Assembly (NCBI GenBank): GCA_044223005.1
Contig: JBGAML010000013.1
Location: 1 to 64,000 of the forward strand
Source: Candidatus Eiseniibacteriota bacterium
GTDB lineage: Bacteria > Eisenbacteria > RBG-16-71-46
DNA length: 64,000 nt
Direction of reading: 5' to 3'
A model generated the notes under the pieces. It worked only from the letters and a program-made list of their open reading frames with translations, was not told where the DNA came from and searched no databases. Of this stretch, positions 44,937 through 55,982 are shown one piece after another. The position numbers and the translations under genes are program-made. The first letter of the stretch is position 1; every line of letters begins with the position of its first letter.

Positions 44937-47411
44937 ATGCACGACAAATTCACCGAACGGGTTCGCAAGGTCATCTACCTCGCTCGCGAGGAAGCGGCGC
45001 GGCTGCAGCACGACTACATCGGCACCGAGCACCTGCTGCTCGGCGTCATCCGTGAGGGCGAGGGCATCGCGGCGACGGTGCTCAACAACCTCGGGCTCGA
45101 TCTCGACCGCATCCGCCAGGAAGTCGAGAACATGGTGTCCGCCTCGGGCGGCACGATGACGATCGGCGAAATCCCGTTCACGCCGCGCGCCAAGCGCGTG
45201 CTCGAACTGGCCGTCGAGGAGGCCCGCTCGCTCGGGCACAACTACGTCGGCACCGAGCACCTGCTGCTCGGCCTGATCCGCGAGGGCGAGGGCGTGGCCG
45301 CGAAGGTCCTGCTCGAGCTGGGCGTGGACCGCAAGCGCGTGCGCGAGGAGACGCTCAAGCTCCTCGGCGGCACGCCGTCGTCGTCGCCGTCGGCGGAGCG
45401 CGGCGAGGAGCGGGCCGAGACGCCCGCGCTGAACCAGTTCGGCCGCGACCTCACCACGCTCGCGCGCGAAGGCAAGCTCGATCCGGTGATCGGCCGCGAC
45501 AAGGAGATCGAGCGCGTCATCCAGGTGCTGTCGCGCCGCAAGAAGAACAACCCGGTGCTGATCGGCGAACCCGGCGTGGGCAAGACCGCGATCGCCGAAG
45601 GCCTCGCGCAGCGCATCATCTCGGGCCAGGTGCCCGAGAGCCTCAAGAACAAGCGCATCGTCACGCTCGACCTCGCGGCCGTCGTGGCGGGCACCAAGTA
45701 CCGCGGCCAGTTCGAGGAGCGGCTCAAGACCGTCATGAACGAGATCCGCGAATCCAAGGACACGGTGATCTTCATCGACGAGCTGCACACGATCGTCGGC
45801 GCCGGCGGCGCCGAAGGCGCGATCGACGCCTCGAACATGCTCAAGCCTGCGCTGGCGCGCGGCGAGCTGCAGTGCATCGGCGCCACGACGCTGGACGAGT
45901 ACCGCAAGTACATCGAGAAGGACGGCGCGCTCGAGCGCCGCTTCCAGCCGGTGACGGTGGACCAGCCGAGCGTCGACGACACGATCCAGATCCTCATGGG
46001 CCTGCGCGACAAGTACGAGGCGCATCACGGGGTGAAGATCACCGACGGCGCCATCGTGCAGGCGGTGAAGCTCGCGGACCGCTACATGAACGACCGCTTC
46101 TTCCCGGACAAGGCGATCGACGTGATCGACGAGTCGTGCGCCCGCGCGCGGCTGTCGGTCAGCACCGTGCCCTCCGAGATCCACGAGCTCGAGAAGAAGC
46201 TCGAGGAGGTCGTGAAGGAGAAGGAAGCGGCGATCCGCGGCCAGGAGTACGAGAAGGCGGCCCGTCTCCGCGACAAGGAGAAGGAACTGCGCGCCCGCCG
46301 CACCGACCTCAAGAAGTCCTGGAGCGAGTCCAAGCGCGACAAGGACGTCGAAGTCGACGAGGACCAGATCGCGGCCGTGCTCAGCATCATGACCGGCATC
46401 CCGGTCGTGAAGCTGGCGGCCGAGGAGAGCCAGAAGCTCCTCAAGATGGAGGAGGAGCTGAAGAAGCGCGTCGTGGGCCAGGACGAGGCCGTGAGCGCGG
46501 TGTCGCGCGCCGTGCGGCGCAACCGCGTCGGCCTGCGCGATCCCAAGCGGCCGATCGGCTCGTTCATCTTCCTGGGGCCCACGGGCGTCGGCAAGACCGA
46601 GCTCGCGCGGGCGCTGGCGGCGTACCTGTTCGACGACCAGGACGCGCTCATCCGCATCGACATGTCCGAGTACATGGAGAAGTTCTCCGTGTCGCGGCTC
46701 GTCGGCGCGCCTCCCGGCTACGTCGGCTACGAAGAGGGCGGCCAGCTCACCGAGAAGGTGCGCCGCAAGCCCTACTCGGTCGTGCTGCTCGACGAGGTCG
46801 AGAAGGCGCACCCGGACGTGTTCAACGTGCTGCTGCAGGTGCTCGACGACGGCGTGCTCACGGACAGCTCGCGCCGCAAGGTCGACTTCAAGAACACGGT
46901 CATCATCATGACGTCGAACCTCGGCGGCCGGCAGATCGTGTCGGGCGGCAAGGGGCTCGGCTTCAAGCAGGGCGACTCGACGCAGCAGTTCAGCGCCATC
47001 AAGAGCACCGTCCAGGACGAGCTCAAGAAGGCGTTCAACCCCGAGTTCCTGAACCGCATCGACGACGTGATCGTGTTCCACACGCTGACGCGCGAGAACA
47101 TGAAGAGCATCGTCGACATCCTGCTGGGGCAGTTCTCGTCCCGGCTCAAGGCCCAGGACATCGACCTCGAGATCTCGCCCGAGGCCACCGACCTGCTCAT
47201 CGACAAGGGCTTCGACCAGGCCCTGGGCGCGCGCCCGCTCAAGCGCGCGATCCAGAGGCTGCTCGAGGATCCGTTCGCGGAGTTCATCCTCCGCGGGCAG
47301 TTCCCGGCCGGCTCGCGCGTGAAGGTGCGGCGCGAGGACGACCACCTCGAGTTCGACGCGGCGCCGGTCGGCCGCGAGGTGCCGCCGGCACCGCCCGTGC
47401 CGAGCGCCTGA
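44937..47411 (+). CDS. clpC: ATP-dependent Clp protease ATPase subunit
   Basis: Double Clp-N repeats (GTEHLLLG), [11 protein letters not shown] middle domain, GPTGVGKT, ClpP-binding LGF loop. Confidence 0.97.
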   Translation: MHDKFTERVRKVIYLAREEAARLQHDYIGTEHLLLGVIREGEGIAATVLNNLGLDLDRIRQEVENMVSASGGTMTIGEIPFTPRAKRVLELAVEEARSLGHNYVGTEHLLLGLIREGEGVAAKVLLELGVDRKRVREETLKLLGGTPSSSPSAERGEERAETPALNQFGRDLTTLAREGKLDPVIGRDKEIERVIQVLSRRKKNNPVLIGEPGVGKTAIAEGLAQRIISGQVPESLKNKRIVTLDLAAVVAGTKYRGQFEERLKTVMNEIRESKDTVIFIDELHTIVGAGGAEGAIDASNMLKPALARGELQCIGATTLDEYRKYIEKDGALERRFQPVTVDQPSVDDTIQILMGLRDKYEAHHGVKITDGAIVQAVKLADRYMNDRFFPDKAIDVIDESCARARLSVSTVPSEIHELEKKLEEVVKEKEAAIRGQEYEKAARLRDKEKELRARRTDLKKSWSESKRDKDVEVDEDQIAAVLSIMTGIPVVKLAAEESQKLLKMEEELKKRVVGQDEAVSAVSRAVRRNRVGLRDPKRPIGSFIFLGPTGVGKTELARALAAYLFDDQDALIRIDMSEYMEKFSVSRLVGAPPGYVGYEEGGQLTEKVRRKPYSVVLLDEVEKAHPDVFNVLLQVLDDGVLTDSSRRKVDFKNTVIIMTSNLGGRQIVSGGKGLGFKQGDSTQQFSAIKSTVQDELKKAFNPEFLNRIDDVIVFHTLTRENMKSIVDILLGQFSSRLKAQDIDLEISPEATDLLIDKGFDQALGARPLKRAIQRLLEDPFAEFILRGQFPAGSRVKVRREDDHLEFDAAPVGREVPPAPPVPSA

Positions 47412-47426
47412 GCGAACCGTCCCGAT

Positions 47427-47467
47427 CCGCGCGCCGGGGGCCGACAGGCTCCCGGCGCGCGGCGTTT
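47427..47467 (+). terminator. probable intrinsic terminator after clpC
   Basis: 16-bp GC stem CCGCGCGCCGGGGGCC-gaca-GGCTCCCGGCGCGCGG followed by CGTTT. Confidence 0.7.
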
Positions 47468-47548
47468 CCCCGCCGGGGGGTGTGCCGGCGGCACGGAACG
47501 GCCGGTCCCGCAGCGGGGTAGGAGGCGTGCCGGGACCCGGTCCGACGC

Positions 47549-47577
47549 TGGACTTGCCCTCGGGTCGCGGATAGAGT
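47549..47577 (+). promoter_or_regulatory. candidate promoter TGGACT-N17-TAGAGT for the bamA-lpx operon
   Basis: sigma70-like hexamers in the clpC-bamA intergenic region. Confidence 0.5.
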
Positions 47578-47699
47578 CGCCCGACTCCCTGAAGAACGAT
47601 GGCCATCCCCGTCCGGCTCGCGCGCGCAGGGACGCGTACGGCGCGGGCGTGGCGCTGCGGACCGCCCACCCGGACGGCCGAGACCTCGAGGAGAACCGC

Positions 47700-50111
47700 T
47701 TGTCCCAGCTTCCGTCGTCGTTCCGCCGCCTCGCGGTGGCCGCGCTCGCCGTGGCCGCACTGGTGGCTCCGTTCCTCGCTCCGCCCGCTTCACGCGCCCA
47801 GGCTCCCGAGGCACCCGCCGCGGACGCCGCGCCGTTGACGATCGGGCGCGTGTTCGTCACCGGGAACCACCACACCGACAGCCTGCGCATCCTGCGCACG
47901 TTCGACGTCGCCCCGGGCTCGAAGTACTCCGCCGACGCGGTGCGGCGCGGAACGCGCAAGCTGCTCGCGCTCGGGCTGTTCAGCGACGCGCGTGTGCTCG
48001 CCGGCAAGCCGCACGACGGACTCGTCGACCTGAACGTCGTCGTGGTCGAGCGCCCGCGGCTCGGGTCGGTGGTCTTCCACGGCAATGTGAAGCGCGAGAC
48101 GTCGGACCTGGAGAAGAAGCTCTTCCTGCGCCCGGGCGAGACCTATTCGGTGTCGCTGGTGCAGACGCAGGTGGACTCGCTGCTGCAGTACTACCGCGAC
48201 GAGGGCTTCCCGCGCGCGAAGGTGACGCCGAAGGTGGACACGCTCGCGACCGGTCAGGGGCTCGGCCTCACGTTCGAGATCGAGGAGGGCGAGAAGCTGC
48301 GCATCACGGTGATCCGGTTCGAGGGCGCCGACGCGTTCTCGCCGGGCCGCCTGCGCAAGGCGCTCAAGACGAAGCAGAAGGGCTTCTTCGGCGGCGGCGA
48401 CCTCAAGGACGAGTCGTTCGCGGAGGATCGTGAGAAGCTCGAGGAGTTCTATCACGACCACGGCTACCGCGACATGAGCGTGGACGATATCACCACCGCG
48501 CCCGGCGCCGAGCCGCGCGCGCTGACGATGACGGTGAAGGTCCACGAGGGGCCGCTCTACCGCTTCGGCGACGTCACGTGGTCGGGCAACAAGGTCGTGC
48601 CGACGGCGACGCTGCAGAAGCTGTGGACGCTCCGCAAGGGCGCGACCTACAGCAAGTCCAAGCTCGACAAGGTGGTGGGCAACGTCTACGGCGAGTACGC
48701 CGAGCACGGCTACCTCTACCTCGGCGTCGAGCCGCAGGAGGCGCCGCGCGACTCCGTCGTCGACATCGCGTTCGAAGTGAGCGAGGGCGCGCCGTCGCAC
48801 GTGCGGCTGGTGAGCATCATCGGCAACAAGGGCACGCGCGAACACGTCATCCGCCGCGAGCTCGACGTGCACGAGGGCGACCTGTTCCGGCGCTCGTCGC
48901 TGATGCGCAGCCGCGACAACCTGATGCGCCTCGGTCTGTTCGAAGAGGCGAACCCGGACTTCCGCAACCTCGACAGCTCCGACGTCGAACTGATCTTCAA
49001 GGTGAAGGAGAAGCAGGTCGGCACCGCGTCGGCCGGCGCCGGCTACACGGGGAGCACCGGGCTCACGGGCTTCCTCGAACTCGGGCACAACAACGTGCTC
49101 GGGAACGGCCAGCAGCTCTCGCTTCACCTCGAGCGCGGCAACAAGATCGAGAACTACTCGCTGAGCTTCACGGAGCCGTGGTTCCACGACGCGCCCACAC
49201 TGCTCGGTTTCTCGGCGTACAACCTGACCACCATCTACAACGAGTTCGACGAGCGCCGCCGGGGTGGCTCGGCGCGCATCGGCCGCCCGCTGCCGTGGCC
49301 GGACTACTCGCGCGGGTCCCTGTCGTACACGCTCGAGAAGGTGCGCATCAGCAACGTGCGCGACTCGATCTCGCTCGTGGGCGTGCCCGTGAACAAGGAC
49401 CAGATCACGAGCGCGTTCGAGACCAATTTCGTCCGCAACAGTGCCGACCACCCGATGTACCCGTCGCGGGGCACGCGCCTCACGCTCAACGACGCGTTCA
49501 CCGGCGGGCCGTTCCTGGGCGACGTCAACTACCACGTGCACCGGCTCGAGGGCCGCGTGTGGTTCAAGTCGCCGATCCCGCGGATGACGACCATGCTGCG
49601 GATGCGCGTGGGCGCGGTGGCGCAGTATCCGTGGAAGGACGGCGCGATCCCGGACTACGCGCGGTTCCGCCTCGGCGGCGGTTCGACGCTCGACCCGCTG
49701 CGCGGCTACATGGACTACCAGGTCGTGCCGCCCAAGTTCATCAGCAAGGTCTGGGTGTATTCGAGCACGGTGATCCGCAACGCGGCGAACACCGCCGACT
49801 CGATCACGGTGCGCGACTCCAGCCTGACCACGCGCCGGTATCCCGGTGGCAAGTACCTCGAGCTGTTCACCGCCGAGCAGCAGTTCCCCATTGTCCACCC
49901 GCTTCACGGTGTGATTTTCTTCGACGCGGGGAACGTCTGGGACTACGGGCAGGACATCAAGCCGTTGCAGCTCAAGTGCGGTGCGGGCATCGGGTTCCGC
50001 ATGGAGATCCCGATTCTCGGCAACGTCGGGTTCGACTACGGCTACGGCTTCAACCGCGACGACGGGCCGAAATGGCAGGGACACTTCCTGCTCGGCAACG
50101 TCGGATTCTAG
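47700..50111 (+). CDS. bamA: outer-membrane protein assembly factor
   Basis: Signal peptide, five POTRA-like repeats, NVLGNGQ, FTEPW, LRGY, FFDAGNVW, C-terminal Phe; TTG start after GAGGAG. Confidence 0.96.
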   Translation: MSQLPSSFRRLAVAALAVAALVAPFLAPPASRAQAPEAPAADAAPLTIGRVFVTGNHHTDSLRILRTFDVAPGSKYSADAVRRGTRKLLALGLFSDARVLAGKPHDGLVDLNVVVVERPRLGSVVFHGNVKRETSDLEKKLFLRPGETYSVSLVQTQVDSLLQYYRDEGFPRAKVTPKVDTLATGQGLGLTFEIEEGEKLRITVIRFEGADAFSPGRLRKALKTKQKGFFGGGDLKDESFAEDREKLEEFYHDHGYRDMSVDDITTAPGAEPRALTMTVKVHEGPLYRFGDVTWSGNKVVPTATLQKLWTLRKGATYSKSKLDKVVGNVYGEYAEHGYLYLGVEPQEAPRDSVVDIAFEVSEGAPSHVRLVSIIGNKGTREHVIRRELDVHEGDLFRRSSLMRSRDNLMRLGLFEEANPDFRNLDSSDVELIFKVKEKQVGTASAGAGYTGSTGLTGFLELGHNNVLGNGQQLSLHLERGNKIENYSLSFTEPWFHDAPTLLGFSAYNLTTIYNEFDERRRGGSARIGRPLPWPDYSRGSLSYTLEKVRISNVRDSISLVGVPVNKDQITSAFETNFVRNSADHPMYPSRGTRLTLNDAFTGGPFLGDVNYHVHRLEGRVWFKSPIPRMTTMLRMRVGAVAQYPWKDGAIPDYARFRLGGGSTLDPLRGYMDYQVVPPKFISKVWVYSSTVIRNAANTADSITVRDSSLTTRRYPGGKYLELFTAEQQFPIVHPLHGVIFFDAGNVWDYGQDIKPLQLKCGAGIGFRMEIPILGNVGFDYGYGFNRDDGPKWQGHFLLGNVGF

Positions 50112-50123
50112 ACGGAGGCACCC

Positions 50124-50687
50124 ATGGCACGACGGGCGTTCCAGCGCTTGGGAGGGAGCCTCCTCGCGGCAGTGCTGCTCGCGATCGCGGCCGCCGGCCC
50201 GGTGCGTGCGGCCGACCTGCGTTTCGGCTACATCGACTCGGCCCGCATCTTCCAGGAGTTTGCCGACGCGCGCGAAGCGCAGCAGCGCTTCGACCGGCTG
50301 GTGCAGGGCTGGCGGGACGAGGCGGCCGAGAAGGAGAAGACCGTCACCCAGCTGCGCGCCGAGGTGCGCGACCAGTCGCCGATCCTGTCGGCGATGAAGC
50401 GCCAGGAGAAGGAGACGGCGCTGCAGCGAGCGGTCAACGAGTACGAGTCGTTCATCCAGGACGTGTGGGGGCCGAACGGCCGCGCCGCGCAGGAGAACGA
50501 TCGCGCGACCGCCGACGTGGTGCAGCAGATCCGCGCCGCGGTCGAGAAGGTCGCGAGCCAGAAGGGCATGGAGGTCGTCCTGGACGCGGCGAGCGGGTTC
50601 CTGGTGTACGCCGACAAGTCGCTCGACCTGACCCCGGACGTGCTGGCGGAGCTGACGGCGAACAAGAAGACGCCGGGTTCCAACTGA
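50124..50687 (+). CDS. skp: OmpH/Skp periplasmic chaperone
   Basis: Signal peptide, FGYID, coiled-coil body, VVLD…DLTPDVL; directly follows bamA. Confidence 0.93.
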   Translation: MARRAFQRLGGSLLAAVLLAIAAAGPVRAADLRFGYIDSARIFQEFADAREAQQRFDRLVQGWRDEAAEKEKTVTQLRAEVRDQSPILSAMKRQEKETALQRAVNEYESFIQDVWGPNGRAAQENDRATADVVQQIRAAVEKVASQKGMEVVLDAASGFLVYADKSLDLTPDVLAELTANKKTPGSN

Positions 50688-50703
50688 GCGGGAGGGATCG
50701 CGC

Positions 50704-51750
50704 ATGAAGACATGGACGCTCTCCGAACTCGCGACCGAACTCGGCGCTACGGTGGTCGGCGACGGCTCGGTCGTCATTCGCGGCGTCGCCGGCATCCGCG
50801 AAGCGCTGCCCGGCGACGTGACGTTCCTCGCCAACTCGCGCTACGACGGCTACCTGAACGAGACGCGGGCGTCGGCGGTGATCTGCTCGCGTGAGCCGCG
50901 CTCCGCCTCGATCCCGCTGCTGCAGGTGGACAACCCCTACCTCGCGTTCCAGAAGGCCGTGAAGCTCATGCGGCCGGAGCTCTATCGGCCGCTTCCCGGC
51001 GTGCACGCGACCGCGGTCGTCTCGCCGGCGGCGTCCGTGGGCGAGGGCGCCTCGATCGGTGCCTACTGCGTGGTCGAGGCCGGCGCGCGCATCGGCGCGC
51101 GCACGGTGCTCATGCCGGGCTGCTACGTCGGCGTGCAGGCGTCGATCGGCGACGACACGCTGTTCTACCCGCGCGTGACCGTCCGCGAGGAGTGCGTGGT
51201 CGGCAGCCGCTGCATCCTGCATCCCGGCGTCGTGGTCGGGGCGGACGGCTTCGGGTTCGCGTTCGACGCGGGCCGCTACCACAAAGTGCCGCAGGTCGGG
51301 AACGTGATCGTGGGGGACGACGTCGAGATCGGCGCGAACACGACCATCGACCGCGCCACCACGGACGCCACGCGCATCGGCGACGGCACGAAGATCGACA
51401 ATCTCGTGCAGATCGGCCACAACGTGGTGACCGGGAAGCACTGCATCATCGTGGCCCAGGTCGGGATCTCGGGCAGCACGCAGCTCGAGGACTACGTCAC
51501 GATCGGTGGCCAGGCCGGCGTCGTCGGCCACGTCGTGCTTGGCCGCGGCGCCCAGATCGGCGCGCAGTCGGGCGTCAGCAAGTCCGTGCCCGCGGGCGCG
51601 AAGATGTTCGGTACGCCCGCGCTGGCCCTCAACCTCTTCAAGCGCATCAACGCCTACCTGAAGCGGCTGCCCGACCTCTTCGAGCGCACGAAGGTCCTCG
51701 AGGAGCGGGTGCAGAAGCTCGAGCAGGGGGAGAAGGAGACCGTGCGTTGA
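50704..51750 (+). CDS. lpxD: UDP-3-O-acylglucosamine N-acyltransferase
   Basis: Hexapeptide repeats, [34 protein letters not shown]. Confidence 0.97.
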   Translation: MKTWTLSELATELGATVVGDGSVVIRGVAGIREALPGDVTFLANSRYDGYLNETRASAVICSREPRSASIPLLQVDNPYLAFQKAVKLMRPELYRPLPGVHATAVVSPAASVGEGASIGAYCVVEAGARIGARTVLMPGCYVGVQASIGDDTLFYPRVTVREECVVGSRCILHPGVVVGADGFGFAFDAGRYHKVPQVGNVIVGDDVEIGANTTIDRATTDATRIGDGTKIDNLVQIGHNVVTGKHCIIVAQVGISGSTQLEDYVTIGGQAGVVGHVVLGRGAQIGAQSGVSKSVPAGAKMFGTPALALNLFKRINAYLKRLPDLFERTKVLEERVQKLEQGEKETVR

Positions 51751-53069
51751 CGGGACGCATGCAGCGCACCATCGCAGGACCGGTGACCATCGAAGGCGTG
51801 GGACTGCACACGGGGGAGCCGGGCACGATGACCTTTTCGCCCGCACCCGTGGGACACGGCGTGCGCTTCGTGCGCGTCGACCTGCCGGGCAACCCCGAAG
51901 TGCAGGTGCGCCCGGAGAACGCGCACTTCGATCCCGACGCGGGCCGCCGCACGATCCTCCAGCAGGACGGCGTGCAGATCCACACCATGGAGCACGTGCT
52001 GTCGGCGATCGCGGGCCTGCGGATCGACAACCTGCGGATCGAGGTGAGCCGCATGGAGGTGCCGGAAGGCCACGACGGCAGCGCGGCACCGATCGCGCGG
52101 GCGCTGATGAGCGCCGGCATCGTCGACCAGGACCGCCCGGTGCGCCACATCAAGGTCACGCGCCCCGTGCAGTGGTCCGAGAACGGCGTCGAACTGAGCG
52201 CGGTGCCCTACCAGGGCTTCAAGATCACGTTCACGATCGACTACGACCACGCGCTGATCGGCACGCAGACCGTGTCGTTCGACCTCGACCCCGAGAAGTA
52301 CCTCGAGCAGGTCGCGCCCGCGCGCACGTTCGTGCTCGAGCGCGACCTCGAGCTGCTGCGGCAGGCGGGCTGGATCAAGGGCGGCCGGCTCGAGAGCGCC
52401 ATCGTCGTCGGCAAGGATCGGATCCTCAACGAGGAGCCGCTGCGGTTCCCGGACGAGTTCGTGCGCCACAAGGTGCTCGACCTGCTCGGCGACCTGTTCA
52501 TCCTCGGTGGCCCGCTGCTCGGGCACGTGACGGCGCGCCGCTCGGGGCACCAGGGGCACGTCGCGTTCGTCAAGAAGCTCAAGGAGACGCTGCCGCTGCC
52601 GGGCCGCCGTGAAGGCGGACCGCCGGACGAGTGGGACATCACCGCGATCATGGACATCATGCCCCACCGGTATCCGTTCCTGCTCGTGGACCGGATCACG
52701 GCGCTGGAAGAGGGCAAGTCGATCGCGGGCTACAAGAACGTCACCATCAACGAGCCGTTCTTCAACGGGCACTTTCCCGGCCATCCGATCATGCCCGCCG
52801 TGCTGATCGTCGAGGCGATGGCGCAGGTGGGCGGGCTGCTGCTGCTGAACTCGGTCGAGGATCCCAACGACAAGCTGATGTACTTCATGGGCATCGACGG
52901 CGCGAAGTTCCGCCGCCCGGTGACGCCCGGCGACAAGCTCGAGTTCAAGCTCACGCTGCTCAAGGTGAAGAAGAGCACGAGCCGCATGCGCGGCGAGGCG
53001 TACGTCGACGGCAAGCTCGTCGCCGAGGCCGAGCTGATGGCGGCGATCGTGGACCGGCGGCCCTCGTGA
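51747..53069 (+). CDS. lpxC-fabZ: bifunctional LpxC deacetylase / FabZ dehydratase fusion
   Basis: N-part: [36 protein letters not shown]-part: [34 protein letters not shown] start at 51747 (alternative ATG at 51759). Confidence 0.96.
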   Translation: MTGRMQRTIAGPVTIEGVGLHTGEPGTMTFSPAPVGHGVRFVRVDLPGNPEVQVRPENAHFDPDAGRRTILQQDGVQIHTMEHVLSAIAGLRIDNLRIEVSRMEVPEGHDGSAAPIARALMSAGIVDQDRPVRHIKVTRPVQWSENGVELSAVPYQGFKITFTIDYDHALIGTQTVSFDLDPEKYLEQVAPARTFVLERDLELLRQAGWIKGGRLESAIVVGKDRILNEEPLRFPDEFVRHKVLDLLGDLFILGGPLLGHVTARRSGHQGHVAFVKKLKETLPLPGRREGGPPDEWDITAIMDIMPHRYPFLLVDRITALEEGKSIAGYKNVTINEPFFNGHFPGHPIMPAVLIVEAMAQVGGLLLLNSVEDPNDKLMYFMGIDGAKFRRPVTPGDKLEFKLTLLKVKKSTSRMRGEAYVDGKLVAEAELMAAIVDRRPS

Positions 53070-53842
53070 GCGTGCGGATCCATCCCGCCGCCCACGTCGA
53101 CCCGGCGGCGCGCCTCGGCGTGGACGTCGTCGTGGGGCCCGGTGCGGTGATCGGGCCCGACGTGACGGTGGGCGATCGCGTGCGCGTGGACGCGCACGTG
53201 CTGCTCACCGGTTGGACCACGATCGGCGCGGACTGCCACCTGCACCATGGCGCCGTGCTCGGGTCGCCGCCGCAGGACCTCAAGTACCTGGCGCAGCCGT
53301 CCTACCTCGTCGTGGGCGAGCGCACGGTCTGCCGCGAGTACATGACCGCCAATCTCGCGACCGAGCCCGGTTTCACGACGCGCATCGGCAGCGATTGCCT
53401 GCTCATGGCGTACTCGCACGTGGCTCACAACTGCCAGCTCGGCGATCGCGTGATCGTCGCGAACGCGGTGCAGATGGCGGGCTACGTCGTGGTGGACGAC
53501 TGGGCGATCGTCGGCGGCGGCACGGTCGTGCACCAGTTCACGCGCATCGGCCGGCACTCCATGATCGGTGGCGGTTCGCGCATCCCGCAGGACGTGGCGC
53601 CGTTCGTCAAGATCGCGGGCAGCCCGCCCCGCAACGCGGGCATCAACGCCATCGGCCTCGAACGCCGCGGAGTGCCCGCGGACGTGCGCGAGGCCCTCCA
53701 GGGCGCGTACCGGATCTACTTCCGCGACGGGCTGACGTCGGGCCGTGCGGTGGAGGCGATCCGGGCCCGCTATCCGGGGATCCCGGAGGTCGAGCACTTC
53801 GCGCGCTTCTGCGAGACGTCGGTGCGAGGCATCTCGCGCTGA
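53066..53842 (+). CDS. lpxA: acyl-ACP--UDP-GlcNAc acyltransferase
   Basis: Motifs IHP, PQDLKY, MAYSHVAHNC, VHQF.RIG, QDVAPF, N.IGL.RRG. Confidence 0.96.
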   Translation: MSVRIHPAAHVDPAARLGVDVVVGPGAVIGPDVTVGDRVRVDAHVLLTGWTTIGADCHLHHGAVLGSPPQDLKYLAQPSYLVVGERTVCREYMTANLATEPGFTTRIGSDCLLMAYSHVAHNCQLGDRVIVANAVQMAGYVVVDDWAIVGGGTVVHQFTRIGRHSMIGGGSRIPQDVAPFVKIAGSPPRNAGINAIGLERRGVPADVREALQGAYRIYFRDGLTSGRAVEAIRARYPGIPEVEHFARFCETSVRGISR

Positions 53843-53853
53843 AGGAGGTCGTC

Positions 53854-54837
53854 GTGGAGCCGGTCCGCTGTGGTGTGTGGGGAGTCGGGGTCTGGGGCGA
53901 GAAGCACGCGCGCGTGTACGGCACGCTCGCCGAGACGACGCTGGTCGGCGTGTACGACCGCTCGCCCGAGCGCGCGAAGGCGATCGCCGCGCAGTACGGC
54001 ACGCGGGCCTTCGAGACGCCGCAGGCGCTGCTCGCCGAGTGCGAGGCGGTGAGCGTCGCGGTGCCGACGGTGGCGCATCGCGAGGCGACGGAGCAGGCGC
54101 TCGCGGCCGGCTGCCACGTGCTGGTCGAGAAGCCGATGGCCGTCACGGTGGCCGAGTGCGACGCCATGATCGCCGCCGCCGTGCGGGCGAACCGCGTGCT
54201 GCAGGTGGGGCAGGTCGAGCGCTTCAACCCGGCGCTGCTCGCGGCGAGGCCGTTCGTCGGGAGCCCGAAGTTCATCGAGGGGCACCGCATGGCACCCTTC
54301 CAGCCGCGCTCGCTGGACATCGACGTCGTGGGTGATCTCATGATCCATGACATCGATGCCGTGCTGCACGTGACCGGCCGCACGCCCGAGCAGATCTCGG
54401 GTGTCGGCGTGGCGGTGCTCTCGAGCAACGAGGACATCGCGAACGCACGGCTCGAGTTCGCGGATGGCTGCGTCGCGAACCTGACCGCGAGCCGCGTGTC
54501 GGTCGAGCGGCTGCGGCGGCTGCGCTTCTTCACGGGCAACTCGTACGTCTCGGTGGACCTGTTCGAGAAGTCCGGCGAGGCGTTCGTGATCAAGGATCCG
54601 GGCTCCTTCCGGCCCGGGCAGGTGGACCCGCTCGCGCTGCTCGCGGGCATCCAGCGCACGAAGCTCGGGGTCGAGGCGGGAGAGCCGCTGACGCTGGAGC
54701 TGCAGGCGTTCGCCCGCTCGCTGCGGGGCCAGGGCGACGGCGCCGCGTCCGCGCGCGCCGGCCGGGACGCGCTCTACGTCGCCGAGGAAGTCCGCGAGGC
54801 CATGCGGCGCCGGGCGCTGCAGTGGTCCACACCCTGA
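53854..54837 (+). CDS. Gfo/Idh/MocA oxidoreductase, GnnA-like (UDP-GlcNAc 3-dehydrogenase candidate)
   Basis: Motifs VEKP, QVGQVERFNP, DLMIHDID, DIANARLEF, NLTASRVS; located between lpxA and lpxB. Confidence 0.8.
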   Translation: MEPVRCGVWGVGVWGEKHARVYGTLAETTLVGVYDRSPERAKAIAAQYGTRAFETPQALLAECEAVSVAVPTVAHREATEQALAAGCHVLVEKPMAVTVAECDAMIAAAVRANRVLQVGQVERFNPALLAARPFVGSPKFIEGHRMAPFQPRSLDIDVVGDLMIHDIDAVLHVTGRTPEQISGVGVAVLSSNEDIANARLEFADGCVANLTASRVSVERLRRLRFFTGNSYVSVDLFEKSGEAFVIKDPGSFRPGQVDPLALLAGIQRTKLGVEAGEPLTLELQAFARSLRGQGDGAASARAGRDALYVAEEVREAMRRRALQWSTP

Positions 54838-55982
54838 CGGGTCCGTCGGCCTACGCGCCCGGGGTGCGCCGCATCCTGGTCGTGGCCGGCGAGCCCTCGG
54901 GCGACCTGCACGCCGCGCGGCTCGTCCGGGCGGTGCGCGCGCTCGGTCCGTGCGACGTGCGCGGCGTGGCCGGGCCGCGCATGCGCGCCGAGGGCGTCGA
55001 GGCGATCGTGCCGCAGGAGGACCTCGCGGTGATCGGCTTCAGCGGCATCCTCGCGCGACTGCCGCAGCTGCTCGGCGCGCGCCGGACGCTGCTGCGCGCC
55101 CAGGAGTACTGGCGGCCCGACGCGGTGGTGCTGGTCGACTACCCGGGCTTCAACCTGCGGCTCGGGCCGCAGCTCAAGGCGCGCGGTGCGAAGGTGTTCT
55201 ACTACATCGGCCCGCAGGTCTGGGCGTGGCACGCCGAACGCGCCGGGCAGATGGCCGCGTGGGTGGACCGGCTCGCGGTGGTGTTCCCGTTCGAGGAGAC
55301 GATCTTCCGCGACGCCGGCGTGCCGACGACGTTCGTCGGTCATCCACTGCTGGACGAGCTGGAACCCGAGACGGACGAGGCGGAGTTCCGGCGCGAGCGG
55401 GAGATCGCCGCGGACGCGCCGATCGTCGGTCTGCTGCCGGGCAGCCGCCGGGGCGAGTTGGCGCATCACGGTACGATCCTGCTCGAGGCGGCACGGCTGC
55501 TGCGGCGCGAGCACCCGCGCGCCGTGCCGGTGCTGGCGCTGGCGGAGGGATTGGACGCGTCGGCGCTGCCGGCGGCGCTCGTCGAGGGCGTGCACGTCGT
55601 GCGCGGCCGCACGCGCGCCGTGCAGCGGTGGGCGGCGTGCTGTGCGGTGGCCTCCGGCACGGCCACGCTCGAGACGGCGCTCTTCGGGACGCCGCTCGTG
55701 GTCTGCTACCGCGTCGGCTGGCTCAACTACGCGATCGCCCGTCGCGTCGTGAAGCTGCCGCACATCGGGCTGCCGAACATCGTCGCCGGGCGCGAAGTCG
55801 CGCCGGAACTGATCCAGGACGCCCTCACGCCGGCCGCGCTGGCCGCGACGCTGGGCGCGTGGCTCGCGGACCCGGCCGCGCTCGCGCGGCAGCGCGCGGG
55901 GCTCGCCGTGGTGCGCGAGCGCCTCGGCGGCCCGGGCGCATCGGAGCGCGCGGCGCAGGCGCTCGTGGAGCTGTGCGCGTGA
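54822..55982 (+). CDS. lpxB: lipid-A-disaccharide synthase
   Basis: Motifs AGEPSGD, DYPGFN, PQVWAW, FPFE, FVGHPL, LLPGSR, SGTATLE, LPNI. Start may instead be the GTG at 54864. Confidence 0.96.
   Translation: MVHTLTGPSAYAPGVRRILVVAGEPSGDLHAARLVRAVRALGPCDVRGVAGPRMRAEGVEAIVPQEDLAVIGFSGILARLPQLLGARRTLLRAQEYWRPDAVVLVDYPGFNLRLGPQLKARGAKVFYYIGPQVWAWHAERAGQMAAWVDRLAVVFPFEETIFRDAGVPTTFVGHPLLDELEPETDEAEFRREREIAADAPIVGLLPGSRRGELAHHGTILLEAARLLRREHPRAVPVLALAEGLDASALPAALVEGVHVVRGRTRAVQRWAACCAVASGTATLETALFGTPLVVCYRVGWLNYAIARRVVKLPHIGLPNIVAGREVAPELIQDALTPAALAATLGAWLADPAALARQRAGLAVVRERLGGPGASERAAQALVELCA

Noticed and set aside
43548..47669. Very long antisense ORFs (1373 aa here; also 16758-20198, 47790-50834, 57588-60362, 11959-14601, 24421-26958)
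   Set aside because: They mirror well-identified + strand genes. High GC3 removes stop codons from the antisense frame, and the translations show no family motifs.
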